From an uncultured Gemmatimonadaceae bacterium (GTDB taxonomy: Bacteria > Gemmatimonadota > Gemmatimonadetes > Gemmatimonadales > Gemmatimonadaceae): DNA of 64,000 nucleotides. Shown here in pieces: positions 1 through 10,808 of the stretch (within the stretch, counting starts at the first letter, position 1; each line of letters begins with the position of its first letter). The stretch is from NCBI GenBank assembly GCA_963781585.1, contig CAWAGQ010000011.1, forward strand, positions 96,001 through 160,000. The letters run 5' to 3'. Below the pieces are notes generated by a model. It saw nothing but the letters and a program-made list of their open reading frames with translations, ran no database searches and had not been told where the DNA came from. Made by a program: the position numbers and the translations under genes.

Positions 1-61
1 ATGCCACTGGCGCGAGAGCCGGATCCATGCGATCGCGTTCATCTCCACGAGGACGGCCGGG

Positions 62-1885
62 TCAGTGGTGGGGCAACGGGGGCCAGGTCTCTCCGATCGC
101 GTGCGCTACCTGCTTCCGCAGCCGATCGATGACCGCCGCCGATGCCGGCGCCGCAGCCAGGTTCACCGCCTCCGCACTGTCGGTGCGCCAGGCGAACAGC
201 TCTTCGACGCCGTCGCCATATCGGATGTACTGCCACGTGGAATCCATCGCGCTCTTGATCGGGCCGCGCGAGGTCGGGTTGTCCGGCGGGACGTTGATGC
301 CGGCGGCGACTTCGGCCACGATCGGACTCGGATCGGCGCCGGTCCCTTCGGTCCAGGTGGGAACGAGCGATGTCCCCGCGAGGTGGTGCGCACGCACGCC
401 GGCGAGAGCGGCGATTGTCGCGGCCAGGTCGCGCAGCGTGACGAGGGAGGTCACGTGCCGCCCGGGTGGAAGGTGTCCCGGTGCGTACACGATGAGCGGG
501 ACGTGCAGGAGCGGGAGGTAGAGGGAGTTGGCGTGGCCATCGAGGCCGTGCTCTCCCCACTGCTCGCCGTGGTCGGACGTGATGATGAGGATCGTCGGTC
601 GACCGCTGCCATCGGCGGTGAGGCGCCGCGCGAGCTGCCCGATGATGCTGTCCTCGTACGCGATCGCGCCGTCGTAGCGGTCGCGGAAGTCCTTGCCCTC
701 GCTGAACCGGTCGTGGAATTCGGTGGGCGAATCGTACGGCGAGTGCGCGTCGAAGAAGTTGAGCAGCGCGAACCAGGGGCCGCCGCCCACCCGCGATCGC
801 CAGTGCAGGAAGTTGTCGACGATCGTGGCCGCGGGCTGCTTCTGGTCCTCCTGCACCCGAAGCACCCTGAGGTCGAGGCGGCGGACGGCATTCCACAGCA
901 TGTACTTGTGGCGGGTGACGATGCCGGTGAGGAAGAGCCGCCCCGAATTGGTCTGCATCAACGTCGTGCTCCACAACGCCTGCTGCCAGGAGATGGGGAA
1001 GTCCTCGAAGTGACTGAAATCGCGGGAGATTCCCATCTGGTATCCGGCGTAGCCGGCATTGGCGACAAAGCCGCCCGTGGCGTATCCATCGGCGCCGAGG
1101 GTCGCGGCGAGGGTCGGCGCGTCCCGCGTCATCGGCGAGAGGTAATCCGCCCTGGTCTGACTCGCCCAGAGTCCGGTCATCATGCTGGCGTGCGACGGGC
1201 CGGTCCACGGCGCCGTGGAGATCGCCCGCTCGAACAACACGCCGTCCGCCGCCAGGCGTTCCAGCTCCGGTGAGGTGGGTCGCGCGAAGCCGTAGGCGCT
1301 GAGTTCCGACGCGCGGACGGTGTCCATGATCAGCAGGACCACGTTCGGCGCGTCGGCCGCCGCCTGGGGAAGTCGCGCCAGGGTCCACTGCTCGCGTACG
1401 CGGCGCGCCGCTCCGGTGATGACGCCGGCCGTCGCCAGCAGCACGGCGAAAGCGATGGTGGTCATGCGCACGCGGGGCATCCACACCGCCCGGTTGGCGC
1501 CAATCACCACGCCGAGTCGTGTCGCAAGGCCGATGGCGAGCGCCAGTTCCGCCAGCGGATGCAGGTGGGGGTAGAGCAGGAACACGGAGAAGATGGCAAG
1601 CGTCGCAAAGATGGTGGTGGCCACCCCGAGCGTGACCAGGCGCGGAAAGACCTTCGCGACGACAAGCAGCACGCCGGCGAGCGGCAGGAAGAGCATCAGA
1701 TGGCCGATCGGTGACAGCCAGGCGAACTCCCGGCTGGTCCAGGTGATCATGTGCAGCACGCGATAGCGATACTCGGCCCAGGCGACGAGGCCTGTGGCGG
1801 CAACCATCGCTGCGGCGCAGGCGAGGAGGACGAGGTCACGCGCCTGGAGCGGCGTGACGGGCGGCCGGTGTTCGGACCCTTTCAT
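62..1885 (-). CDS. Membrane-anchored sulfatase-like (alkaline phosphatase superfamily) hydrolase/transferase
   Basis: Several N-terminal hydrophobic segments, then PNVVLLIMDTVRA, TAPWTGPSHASMMTG, FFDAHSPY and TSDHGEQWGEHGLDGH motifs. Start set at ATG 1885, which overlaps the upstream stop (ATGA). Confidence 0.85.
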   Translation of the reverse strand: MKGSEHRPPVTPLQARDLVLLACAAAMVAATGLVAWAEYRYRVLHMITWTSREFAWLSPIGHLMLFLPLAGVLLVVAKVFPRLVTLGVATTIFATLAIFSVFLLYPHLHPLAELALAIGLATRLGVVIGANRAVWMPRVRMTTIAFAVLLATAGVITGAARRVREQWTLARLPQAAADAPNVVLLIMDTVRASELSAYGFARPTSPELERLAADGVLFERAISTAPWTGPSHASMMTGLWASQTRADYLSPMTRDAPTLAATLGADGYATGGFVANAGYAGYQMGISRDFSHFEDFPISWQQALWSTTLMQTNSGRLFLTGIVTRHKYMLWNAVRRLDLRVLRVQEDQKQPAATIVDNFLHWRSRVGGGPWFALLNFFDAHSPYDSPTEFHDRFSEGKDFRDRYDGAIAYEDSIIGQLARRLTADGSGRPTILIITSDHGEQWGEHGLDGHANSLYLPLLHVPLIVYAPGHLPPGRHVTSLVTLRDLAATIAALAGVRAHHLAGTSLVPTWTEGTGADPSPIVAEVAAGINVPPDNPTSRGPIKSAMDSTWQYIRYGDGVEELFAWRTDSAEAVNLAAAPASAAVIDRLRKQVAHAIGETWPPLPHH

Positions 1886-3390
1886 GGCGTGGGCGCGTAC
1901 CAGGCCGCCGCCTCGCGTCCACGGCGGATCATCGCGTCGAGGGCCGCGCGGTCGAACAGGCGCCCGCGTGCCACGACCATCGCGATGCGGCGGGTATTGG
2001 CGATGTCGGCGGTCGGGTCGCCATCCAGCACGACCAGGTCGGCCACCGCGCCCGGCCGCACCGTGCCTAACGTGTCGGCGGCGCCGAGGAAACGCGCCGG
2101 GTTGATGGTCGCCGTGCGGAGCGCCTCGAGCGGCGTGAGCCCCGCGCGCACCAGCAGCGCCAGTTCGTCGTGCAGACTCTCGCCCGGAAGCGCGTGCTGG
2201 TTCGGCGTGTCGGAGCCCGCCAGCAGGCCCACCCCCGCGTGCTCCATCGTGCCCACCGTCCACAGCATGCGATCGTAGAGCTGCACCAGGGGATGCGAGG
2301 CCGGGCGCGGCTCGGCCGCCCACCCGTGCCAGGGTGTCCTGGGCGCCAGCAGGGCTGGAAGGTCGGGCGAGCTGCGCAGCAGGGAGTCGGGGGCGCGGAA
2401 GAGGACACCGTACATCCGCAGCGTGGGAATCTGCCAGGTGTGCGCGGTCGCCAGTTGCGCGAACAGTGCCTCGGCGCGCGCGTCGTTCCAGTAGGCCAGC
2501 GGCAGCGTGACCGGATACTCGGCGTGCTCCACCAGATGCAGCTTCCACAGGACGCGCGCGTACCATGGGCGCGTGGTGTGCCAGGTGGTAAGGCGGCGCA
2601 CGAACCACTCGCGTCGTGTGCAGGCGAGCAGCACGCGCGACAGGTGGTCGTCGGCGTGCTGCCCCAGGGCGGAAGTCTCCCAGAGGGAGCGGTTACCGGG
2701 GACCAGCCCTTCGAAGGGAAGCCCTGCTTGTCGCGCCGTCACCGCCAGCGTGTCGAGAAGCGTCCCGTCGAAGCTGCCGCTCAGGTACAGTGCATCCACC
2801 CCCTCACGCCGCAACGCACCCACCGCATGAGCGACGTCGGCGGCGCTGCGAAGCGGCTCGGTGGTCGCATTGTCGGTGTCCTGTGTCGCGAGTTTGGGGC
2901 CGGTGTAGACGATCCGTGGGCCGATGCGCCGCCCCTGCGCGATGGCGTCGCGCCATTGCGCGAGCGTCGTGGTCGCACCGGCGATATCGCGTACCCCGGT
3001 CACGCCCCAGGCCACGAAGAGGGGGTGGAAGAAGGCGGCGTTGGAGTCGACCGGGAGCCGCTTCGACATCGAAAGCGCTTCCTCGACGTGCATGTCCCAG
3101 AGGCCGGGAATCACGTAGCGGCCCGCCGCGTCGACAATACGCGCGCCGCGGGGCGGAGCGCCGGCGCTATCTACCCCCGTGATGTGCTCACCCGTGAGGA
3201 CGACGGTCGCGTTGCGATGCTGTGCCCCCGTCGCCACGTCGATCACGGTCGCGTGCACCAGAGCCACTGGATGCTCCACGCCGGCCAGCCGCTGGGCGCC
3301 GACAGACGCCGGCACGGCCAGCAGCGCCGCCAACCGCCGCGCACCTTGCATGAGCGGGGCATGGGGCCGCATCCACGACACGATCGACAT
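1882..3390 (-). CDS. Amidohydrolase family protein, probably exported
   Basis: VDAAGRYVIPGLWDMHVE, LLAGSDTP, EALRTATINPARFLG and GAVADLVVLDGDP motifs; GGAG upstream of ATG 3390. Confidence 0.85.
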   Translation of the reverse strand: MSIVSWMRPHAPLMQGARRLAALLAVPASVGAQRLAGVEHPVALVHATVIDVATGAQHRNATVVLTGEHITGVDSAGAPPRGARIVDAAGRYVIPGLWDMHVEEALSMSKRLPVDSNAAFFHPLFVAWGVTGVRDIAGATTTLAQWRDAIAQGRRIGPRIVYTGPKLATQDTDNATTEPLRSAADVAHAVGALRREGVDALYLSGSFDGTLLDTLAVTARQAGLPFEGLVPGNRSLWETSALGQHADDHLSRVLLACTRREWFVRRLTTWHTTRPWYARVLWKLHLVEHAEYPVTLPLAYWNDARAEALFAQLATAHTWQIPTLRMYGVLFRAPDSLLRSSPDLPALLAPRTPWHGWAAEPRPASHPLVQLYDRMLWTVGTMEHAGVGLLAGSDTPNQHALPGESLHDELALLVRAGLTPLEALRTATINPARFLGAADTLGTVRPGAVADLVVLDGDPTADIANTRRIAMVVARGRLFDRAALDAMIRRGREAAAWYAPTP

Positions 3391-3618
3391 CGACTGCTCC
3401 AGGTTCGTCCAGATTGTCAGGTCCACGAAATATCCCGCGCGGTGTCGGCAATTCCAACCAGCGGGTGGGTCAACTCAACCTCGTGCGTCACCGTATCTTG
3501 TGGCGTGGAGTTGTCGCAACAGGGGGCTGCAGGTAGCATGCCTGAAAGGGGCGAGCCCGGCGCCCCCGACATGTCTCGGACGGCAGCCTGGTCGCCGGCA
3601 TGCCGTGGCCCGAAAGCC

Positions 3619-3634
3619 GGGCACCGCCCTTGCT
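3619..3634 (+). promoter_or_regulatory. Possible sigma-54 (-24/-12) promoter for the 3717-8623 operon
   Basis: GGGCAC-N5-TTGCT versus consensus TGGCAC-N5-TTGCW, about 80 bp upstream of the first gene. Confidence 0.4.
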
Positions 3635-3716
3635 CCCGGAAGGAGCGGTGAACGCCGATGGCATCCACGCGCGATCCCGTGTCCCGGCGGCGGACGTGAG
3701 CGTCTACGAATCACGG

Positions 3717-5159
3717 ATGAGTGAACCCACCAAAACAGCCACGCGCGATTCGGTGAGCCGGCTTCCACGCATCGCGGTGCTGGGAGGCGGGCCCGCTGGT
3801 TGCGGCGCGGCGTACCAGCTGCGGCGCACCGGCAAGGCGACCGTTACCCTGCTCGAACGCCAGGACGTCGTGGGCGGCAATGCCGGGAGTTTCTTCTGGG
3901 GCGGCCAGTGGCTCGACTTCGGCTCGCACCGGCTCCACCACACCGTGGACCCCAGAATCCTGGCCGACATCAGGCAGATGCTGGGCGCGGATTTCAACGA
4001 CTTCCAGCGCCACGGCCGGATCCGCCTGCGTGGCCAGTGGCTCCACTTCCCCATCCAGACGATCGACCTCCTGCGCCGCCTCGACAAGGGCTTCGCGTTG
4101 GGAATGGCGCGCGACATGGTGATGCGAAAGCTCGCGAAGCCTGACGAGGGCGACACGTTCGCCTCGGTCCTGCTGGCGAACCTGGGGCCGACGATGTGCC
4201 ACCACTTCTACTTTCCGTATGCACGGAAGTTGTGGGGGCACGAACCGGAAGTGCTGTCGGGGACCCAGGCGCGAAAGCGCGTCACGGCGGGGAGCTTCGG
4301 AAAGCTCATCAAGCGGATGCTGCGCCCCGTCGGGGGCGGCAACTACTACTATATGCGTCGCGGCTACGGCCAGATCAGCGCCACCTACGCGGAGCAGGCT
4401 CGGCTCGCGGGGGCGGAGATGCTCCTGGGCTGGGCGGCGTCGCGAATTGAGCGCATACCGGACGGCGGCGGCGCCTGGCGGATCACGGCCGAGCGCAACG
4501 GCGAGCGGCGCACGATCGACGCGGACTTCATCTGGTCGACGATCCCGATCACCCTGCTGGCGCGCATGGTGCAGCCGGCGGCGCCGCCGCAGGTGCTCGA
4601 GGCGGCGAGCGCAATCGGGTACCGCGCGATGGTGCTCGTGTACGTCCAGCTACCGGTGTCGCAGTTCACCACCACCGACGCGCACTACTTCCCCGAGGAG
4701 AACGTGCGCGTCACGCGCCTGTCGGAGCCCAAGAACTACTTCCGGCTGCAGGAGCCGGTCGGGACGACGGTCCTGTGCGGCGAGTATCCGTGCCGCGTGG
4801 ACGACGAGATCTGGTCGGCCAGCGACGATCAGCTGGCGGAACGCCTGGCGAAGGACGCGGCCACGGCGGGGATCCCGTTCCCGGCGCGCCCGACCGACGT
4901 GAAGGTGCGCCGGCTGCGTCAGGCGTATCCCGTGTACCTGCGGGGATACGAGAAGCCGTTGCAGGCACTGGACGACTGGGTGGCGAGCCTTCCCGACGTC
5001 CTTGTGTACGGGCGCCAGGGGTTGTTCGCCCACGACAATACGCACCACGCGTTGTACATGGCATACTCCGCCGTGGACTGCCTCAACGGGATGATCTTCG
5101 ATCAGGCGCGGTGGAAGGACTACCGCAGGATCTTCGCGACGCATGTTGTCGAGGACTGA
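3717..5159 (+). CDS. FAD-dependent oxidoreductase (HemY/UDP-galactopyranose mutase-like, glycan-cluster type)
   Basis: IAVLGGGPAG Rossmann motif, LLER..VGG, DFGSHRLH and C-terminal YGRQGLF; start MSEPTK chosen. Confidence 0.85.
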   Translation: MSEPTKTATRDSVSRLPRIAVLGGGPAGCGAAYQLRRTGKATVTLLERQDVVGGNAGSFFWGGQWLDFGSHRLHHTVDPRILADIRQMLGADFNDFQRHGRIRLRGQWLHFPIQTIDLLRRLDKGFALGMARDMVMRKLAKPDEGDTFASVLLANLGPTMCHHFYFPYARKLWGHEPEVLSGTQARKRVTAGSFGKLIKRMLRPVGGGNYYYMRRGYGQISATYAEQARLAGAEMLLGWAASRIERIPDGGGAWRITAERNGERRTIDADFIWSTIPITLLARMVQPAAPPQVLEAASAIGYRAMVLVYVQLPVSQFTTTDAHYFPEENVRVTRLSEPKNYFRLQEPVGTTVLCGEYPCRVDDEIWSASDDQLAERLAKDAATAGIPFPARPTDVKVRRLRQAYPVYLRGYEKPLQALDDWVASLPDVLVYGRQGLFAHDNTHHALYMAYSAVDCLNGMIFDQARWKDYRRIFATHVVED

Positions 5160-6669
5160 GCCGCTCGGAGAGGGAACGGCGAGGGGAGACGCGTGGAGTG
5201 ATGCCGGGGCGCCTGCGACGCCTGACGCGGCGACGCCGTGGCGGTTGCTGCTCGCCATCACGGTGCTGGCGACGGTGGCGCGCGCGATCGGACTCAACGA
5301 CGGCCTGTGGATCGATGAGATCTACTCCCTGGTGCGGTCGTTCCGCACACCACTGGGACAGATCCTCACCGAATTCTGGGGCGACAACCACCACCCGCTG
5401 TACGCCGTGCTCGCGCACGCAAGCCGCGGGGTGTTCGGTGAGTCGGCGTGGAGCATCCGGCTGCCAGCGCTTCTCTTCGGGGTGGCGGCGGTACCGGCAC
5501 TGTTCGCACTCGGGCGATTGGTGGTCTCGCGCCGAGAGGCGCTCCTGGCCGCGACGCTGCTGGCCGTCTCCTATCACCACGTCTGGTTCTCGCAGAATGC
5601 CCGCGGATACAGCGCGATTGCATTCTTCGCGATCGTGCTCATGTGGGCGCTGCTGCGCGGGATGGCAACCGGACGGCTCGCGTATTTCGCGTGGTATGGC
5701 GTGGCGGCAGGGCTGGGCGCGTATACCCATCTCACGGTGGTGTTGATCGTGGCCGGGCATGCGATCGCCGGACTGCTGGTGCTGCCGCGGGTTCCGGCGG
5801 CCGAGCGCGGGAGTCGGTTCCGGGGCCTCCTGCTGGCGATGGGCCTGGGCGCGGCTCTGACGGTCGTCCTCTACGCCCCCATGCTCGGGTCGGTGATCCA
5901 CTACTTCCTGCACTCGCCCTCGGGCCTGCAGGGTGTCTCCACACCGCGGTGGGCTTTGCTCGAGGGGATCCGGGTGCTCGTGCTCGGGCTCAGTGGAGGA
6001 GTTCGTGTGGTGGGGGCCGTGGTGGTTGTGGCCGGAGTGCTGGTGGGGGTCGCGGGGGTGGTTTCCATCTGGCGACGATCCCCCCTCTTCATCCTGCTTC
6101 TGGTGGTGCCCGCCCTGGTGACGAGCGCCGGGGCGGCGGCGGCGCGGGGTACGCTCTATCCGCGATTCTTCTTCTTCGCTATCGGGCCGGCAATCGTGGT
6201 CGCGGTGCGCGGCACGTTCGCCGCCGGAGCGTGGCTGTCGACCGGGCTTGGCCGAGCGCCCCTCACCGGTGTGCGGCTCGCGACCGCCGCTGTGGGTGGC
6301 GTGATCGCACTCTCGGCGGCGTCGTTGATGCTGGACTACCGATACCCCAAGCAGGACTACGCCGGCGCGATGCACTACGTGCTGGCGCAGCGCGTCGCGG
6401 GGGACAGCGTGGTTTCCATCGGAGTCCCGGCCGACCCATACCGCACCCTCTACGGGCAGGTCTGGCCGAACGTGAAGACCGCCGAACAGCTGGACTCGAT
6501 CCGGGCGTCCACGAAACGGACGTGGGTGCTCTATACCTTTCCGCGCTACGTCGAGGGCCAGGACCCGGCCATGTGGGCCACCCTGCGGGACGAGTGTGCA
6601 TCCCCGCGCGTCTTCCGGGGGACGGTGGGTGGAGGGGATGTTGTGGCGTGCCTGCTCAGCGAGAAATGA
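5143..6669 (+). CDS. GT-C fold membrane glycosyltransferase (GT39/PMT_2-like)
   Basis: [20 protein letters not shown] and SQNARGYS motifs; many transmembrane segments. Confidence 0.85.
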   Translation: MLSRTEPLGEGTARGDAWSDAGAPATPDAATPWRLLLAITVLATVARAIGLNDGLWIDEIYSLVRSFRTPLGQILTEFWGDNHHPLYAVLAHASRGVFGESAWSIRLPALLFGVAAVPALFALGRLVVSRREALLAATLLAVSYHHVWFSQNARGYSAIAFFAIVLMWALLRGMATGRLAYFAWYGVAAGLGAYTHLTVVLIVAGHAIAGLLVLPRVPAAERGSRFRGLLLAMGLGAALTVVLYAPMLGSVIHYFLHSPSGLQGVSTPRWALLEGIRVLVLGLSGGVRVVGAVVVVAGVLVGVAGVVSIWRRSPLFILLLVVPALVTSAGAAAARGTLYPRFFFFAIGPAIVVAVRGTFAAGAWLSTGLGRAPLTGVRLATAAVGGVIALSAASLMLDYRYPKQDYAGAMHYVLAQRVAGDSVVSIGVPADPYRTLYGQVWPNVKTAEQLDSIRASTKRTWVLYTFPRYVEGQDPAMWATLRDECASPRVFRGTVGGGDVVACLLSEK

Positions 6670-7631
6670 CCAAACTCATCATCCAGATCCCCTGCTTCAA
6701 CGAGGCCGCGACGCTGCCACCGACGCTGCGCGACCTGCCGCGGACGCTGCCCGGGGTGGACGTGATCGAGTATCTGGTGATCGACGACGGCAGCCGCGAC
6801 GACACGGCGGCGGTGGCCCGCGCCAACGGTGTGCATCACGTGGTGCAGTTCGAGCGCAATCGCGGGCTCGCGGCAGCCTTCATGGCCGGCCTCGACGAGT
6901 CACTGCGGCGGGGGGCCGACATCATCGTCAACACCGACGCCGACAATCAGTACCAGTCGGCAGACATCGGACAGCTGATCGCCCCGATCCTCGCTCACCG
7001 CGCCGAACTGGTAGTGGGAGATCGCGGGGTGGCGAAGCTGCCGAACTTCTCGTCGATCAAGCGCCGGCTGCAGGTCTTCGGCAGCTGGGTGATTGGCCGG
7101 GCCGCGGGGCTGGAGACGCCGGACGCCACCAGCGGTTTCCGCGCCCTTTCGCGTGAGGCTGCGCTGCGGATGCTCGTGCTCAGCAATTACTCGTACACGC
7201 TCGAGTCACTCATCCATGCCGGTTCGCGCCGGGCGGCGGTGGAGTTCGTGCCGATCGGGATCAATCCGCAGACGCGTCCGTCGCGCCTGATGAAGTCCAT
7301 CCCGCACTACATCAGGAACTCGGGCCTGACGATCGTTCGCGCCTACGCCATGTACCGGCCCCTGCGCGTGTTCTCCGTCCTCGGGCTCTTTCTGATCGCG
7401 CTTGGCATCATTCCGGGACTGCGGTTCGTGGGGTTCTACCTCTCGGGTCAGCGCACGGGACACATCCAGTCGCTCATCCTGGCGGCGATCCTCATCATCG
7501 TGGGCGTCCAGGCCCTGCTCATGGGTCTGCTGGCCGACCTCATTGCGGCGAACCGCAAGCTGCTGGAGGAGGCGCTCTACCGGGTCAGGCGCCTGGAGCT
7601 CGGCGACCGTGCGGGAGGGGAGGGCCGTTGA
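6666..7631 (+). CDS. GT2 glycosyltransferase (polyprenol-phosphate sugar synthase-like)
   Basis: [23 protein letters not shown] and DATSGFRA motifs; two C-terminal TM helices; ATGA overlap with the upstream gene. Confidence 0.9.
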   Translation: MTKLIIQIPCFNEAATLPPTLRDLPRTLPGVDVIEYLVIDDGSRDDTAAVARANGVHHVVQFERNRGLAAAFMAGLDESLRRGADIIVNTDADNQYQSADIGQLIAPILAHRAELVVGDRGVAKLPNFSSIKRRLQVFGSWVIGRAAGLETPDATSGFRALSREAALRMLVLSNYSYTLESLIHAGSRRAAVEFVPIGINPQTRPSRLMKSIPHYIRNSGLTIVRAYAMYRPLRVFSVLGLFLIALGIIPGLRFVGFYLSGQRTGHIQSLILAAILIIVGVQALLMGLLADLIAANRKLLEEALYRVRRLELGDRAGGEGR

Positions 7632-8623
7632 CCACCGCGCCGGCGCGGCGGTCGCTGTTCCGTCACCCCCTGGTACGCGTGGCTGGAAGCGCGACGATCC
7701 TCGGGCTCCTCTTCATCGCGCTTCCGTTCCACGACATCACGACCGCGGTGCGGAGCGTGCCGTTAGGCGTCTGGCCGGGCGCGCTCGCGATGTACATGAC
7801 GTTGCACCTGGTGGGCGTCACCAAGTGGCGGTTGCTGGTGAACACGGCCGGCGCCGGACTCCCGTTCCGGACCGCGGCGCGGGCGTACTACATGGGGCTG
7901 TTCGGGAACACCTTCCTTCCGTCGATCGTCGGTGGGGACGTGGTGCGGGCCGGGGTCGCGCTGCGCGCCGCGCGCTCGAAGAGCGGGTTGGTGCTTGGCA
8001 GCCTGGTGGACCGACTGCTCGACGTGGTGGGCCTGGCCGGCGTGGCTGGTATCGGGGCGGTGCTGTCGCCTCGCGCCCTCGACGACCGCAGCCGGCGCAT
8101 TTTCCTCACGCTTGGCGTCCTGCTCGCTGTGGCGGGACTCGGCGCGCTCGTGGCGATCACGCTGACCCCGGTGCGTCGCTTCCCCTGGAAGGTGCGTCGC
8201 ACGCTGGTGCAGGTACGGCGCGCCTTGCGCGCCACGCTGCGTCGTCCCCAGGCGATCGTGGGCGCCTTCCTGCTCGGCATGCTCCTGCAGTCGCTGCTCA
8301 CCATCCTCAACTGGTGGCTCGGGCGGTTGATGGGCATCGACATTCCGGTCTACGTCTGGCTCTTCGTCTGGCCTTTGGCCAAGATCGCTGCGCTCCTGCC
8401 TGTCACGCAGAACGGCATTGGCGTCCGCGAGGCGGCGCAGGCGGCCCTCTTCGCGCCGTTCGGCGTCTCGGCCGCTCGTGCGGTCGCCACCGGACTCGTG
8501 TTCGAGGTGGTGCTGATCAGCGGTGGACTTCTGGGCGGCGCGCTGGCCTTCCTGTTGAGCGGGAGTCGGGCCGAGCGGCACGCGCTCCGCGCGTCAGCGT
8601 CGGTGTCGCCGGGCGCTGGTTAG
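7628..8623 (+). CDS. LPG synthase TM-domain / YbhN-like flippase
   Basis: [24 protein letters not shown] and [13 protein letters not shown] motifs; multi-pass membrane protein. Confidence 0.85.
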   Translation: MTTAPARRSLFRHPLVRVAGSATILGLLFIALPFHDITTAVRSVPLGVWPGALAMYMTLHLVGVTKWRLLVNTAGAGLPFRTAARAYYMGLFGNTFLPSIVGGDVVRAGVALRAARSKSGLVLGSLVDRLLDVVGLAGVAGIGAVLSPRALDDRSRRIFLTLGVLLAVAGLGALVAITLTPVRRFPWKVRRTLVQVRRALRATLRRPQAIVGAFLLGMLLQSLLTILNWWLGRLMGIDIPVYVWLFVWPLAKIAALLPVTQNGIGVREAAQAALFAPFGVSAARAVATGLVFEVVLISGGLLGGALAFLLSGSRAERHALRASASVSPGAG

Positions 8624-8632
8624 GCGAGAGAA

Positions 8633-8744
8633 TCGGCGATCAGCGATCAGAAATCAGCGGGCAGAAGACAGCGATCAGCGATCAGCGGTCAGCGGTCAGC
8701 AGTCAGCGGTCAGCGGTCGGCGATCCGTGGTCAGCGATCAGCGG
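8633..8744. repeat. Degenerate heptamer tandem array (TCAGCGR x16)
   Basis: Sixteen consecutive 7-bp units fill the gap between two convergent genes. Confidence 0.9.
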
Positions 8745-8759
8745 TGCGCGTCGACGCGG

Positions 8760-10808
8760 TCACGGGCTGCGCACTCGCGGTCCTTCCTCGTCGCCGGTCA
8801 GCTTCGGAATCTGCTCCGAGCTTACGATGTCGGGGGCTGTCGATCCAGGCGGCAGCGGTCCGGCGATGATGCGATAGCCGGACCCGGTGAGCGTGGGACC
8901 ATCGAGGATGTAGACCGGCCGGTCGGGATAGGCAGCCACGACCGCGGCCCGGATCGCCGGCGACCGATCCCAGGCGAAGATGGTGGTGTCCGCGCGGAGG
9001 TCGAGCGGATTGGCCAGTGCCGCCTCGTGATAGTCGGGGCTGCGGAGCCCGCGGACCAGGACCAGCGACCGACCCAGGGGATGCTCGTGCACGAAGGCGC
9101 GCATCTCGCCCCCCATGTATCGGTAGCCGTCGTATTTCTCTACCGCGCGCCAGGGAACCCAGACGGTGAGCGCCGCAGCGGTGAGCGCCGCCATGGCGAG
9201 GAGGGCGCGCCGCGAGCCGGGCGTGTCGTCGCCGAAGAGGGCGTCAGGCGCCCGCGCCGTGAGGACCACCGCGGGGACGATCAGCAGGAACCAGTATCGC
9301 GCGCCGAAGTCGGGACCTCCGCTGAACCAATACAAGGCATGCAATCCGGTCACCAGTACGATCACGCCGAGCATCGAGAAATCCAGCGCGCGCAGTCGCC
9401 GGCTGCAGACCACCGCCACCAGGAGCACCAACGACCCGGTGGCCCACGCGAAGAGCTCGAGGTTGAGCGCCGAGCCATTGAGGAGCGAGTTGACGACCAC
9501 GTCGCGAAGTCCGTGACCCGGGAAAGGATCGAGCCCGGGCCATCCCATCCCACGGTTCGGACCGAATCCGAGGTCGTTCGCGCCCGGGTGATAGTACTTG
9601 TCGACGTACATCATGATCGGGAAGCGCGACGGCGATCCCGTGAGCCGTGCGTTGTAGGGAAGTACGAGGAGCGCGGTGAGGGCGGTGAACGCGGTCAGCG
9701 CGGCGCTCGGCAGGAGACGGTGCCAGCGGCTGCGTGCACTGAGCGACCAGAGGCCGAGGGTGACGGCGACGATCAGGCCCTCGAGCGGACGAATCAGCGA
9801 GACGGCTCCGGCGGCAACGCCCGCCAGCGCCGCCGGCCACGCGGCTTTTCGTTCGCGCGCCACCGCCACTCCCAGCGCGGCGGCGATGGCGCAGGTGAGC
9901 GACGCGGTGTGCGTCATGAAGCTCATGCCGAGGAACAGGAACCACGGCGAGGTGGCGAGGAGGAAGGTCGCCACGCGCGCCTGGCGCACCGGCATCAGCC
10001 GGCGCGCCAGGCCGTGCAGGAGCAGGACGGCAACGCCGCTCAGCAGCGGGTTCACCAGCCACGGCACTCCGGCCCGGACGCCTAACGAGAGAATGGCGGG
10101 CCAGCCGGGCGGGACCGGGGAGAACCAGCGCTGCGCGTCGTAGTACATCAGGTCGACGTCGAAACCCGCCGGAACCGGCGGCAGGGCGAGCTGGAATCTG
10201 CCGGCCGCGAAGTAGCGCGCGTGCAGAAGGTAGACCACCTCGTCCGGGAGGTGCGGTATGTGCTCCCAGACAGTGACCGCGAGCACCGCGCAGACAAGGG
10301 CGGCAAAGACGGCGGCCGCCACCGCCGGCCGCTCGAGGAAGCGCCCCGTCTCGCGGCGGTCGGACGGCCCCAGCACCGCAGCCAGCCATCCGCCGTCGGC
10401 GACGCGCGCGAGCGCGACGACGTTCATGAGGGCGACGAGCTGGATTGCCGCGCCGAACAGCAACTCGGCGGCGTAACGCGAGATGTCGCGTGACGGTGCG
10501 GCCGCCACCGCTACCAGCGTAATCACCGCCAGAGCGAGTGCGACGGGACCAAAGCGAGCGCGCAGCCACGTTCGCGCGGTGCTCCAGGTCCCTCGCCAGC
10601 CCCACACGACGACTACGGCCTGCACGGCCAGAACCGCGGCAGCCAGCGCCCCCCTCCAGTGCAGGAACCGCTCGAAGCGATAGTGCTGCCAGGTGATGCC
10701 CTTCCCGGAACCGACCAGGGCGACCGCCGCGCACTGACCGAGGATCAGGAGCGCCAGCCACAAGCCGGTCGTCCCGCGGCCGCGCTCGGGCGCGGATTCC
10801 GGGCTCAC
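8760..10808 (-). CDS. GT-C fold membrane glycosyltransferase (ArnT/PMT-like)
   Basis: PHLPDEVVYL, PPGWP, SFMTH, IRPLEG and GARYW motifs; many TM segments; GTG start overlaps the upstream TGA. Confidence 0.8.
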   Translation of the reverse strand: MSPESAPERGRGTTGLWLALLILGQCAAVALVGSGKGITWQHYRFERFLHWRGALAAAVLAVQAVVVVWGWRGTWSTARTWLRARFGPVALALAVITLVAVAAAPSRDISRYAAELLFGAAIQLVALMNVVALARVADGGWLAAVLGPSDRRETGRFLERPAVAAAVFAALVCAVLAVTVWEHIPHLPDEVVYLLHARYFAAGRFQLALPPVPAGFDVDLMYYDAQRWFSPVPPGWPAILSLGVRAGVPWLVNPLLSGVAVLLLHGLARRLMPVRQARVATFLLATSPWFLFLGMSFMTHTASLTCAIAAALGVAVARERKAAWPAALAGVAAGAVSLIRPLEGLIVAVTLGLWSLSARSRWHRLLPSAALTAFTALTALLVLPYNARLTGSPSRFPIMMYVDKYYHPGANDLGFGPNRGMGWPGLDPFPGHGLRDVVVNSLLNGSALNLELFAWATGSLVLLVAVVCSRRLRALDFSMLGVIVLVTGLHALYWFSGGPDFGARYWFLLIVPAVVLTARAPDALFGDDTPGSRRALLAMAALTAAALTVWVPWRAVEKYDGYRYMGGEMRAFVHEHPLGRSLVLVRGLRSPDYHEAALANPLDLRADTTIFAWDRSPAIRAAVVAAYPDRPVYILDGPTLTGSGYRIIAGPLPPGSTAPDIVSSEQIPKLTGDEEGPRVRSP

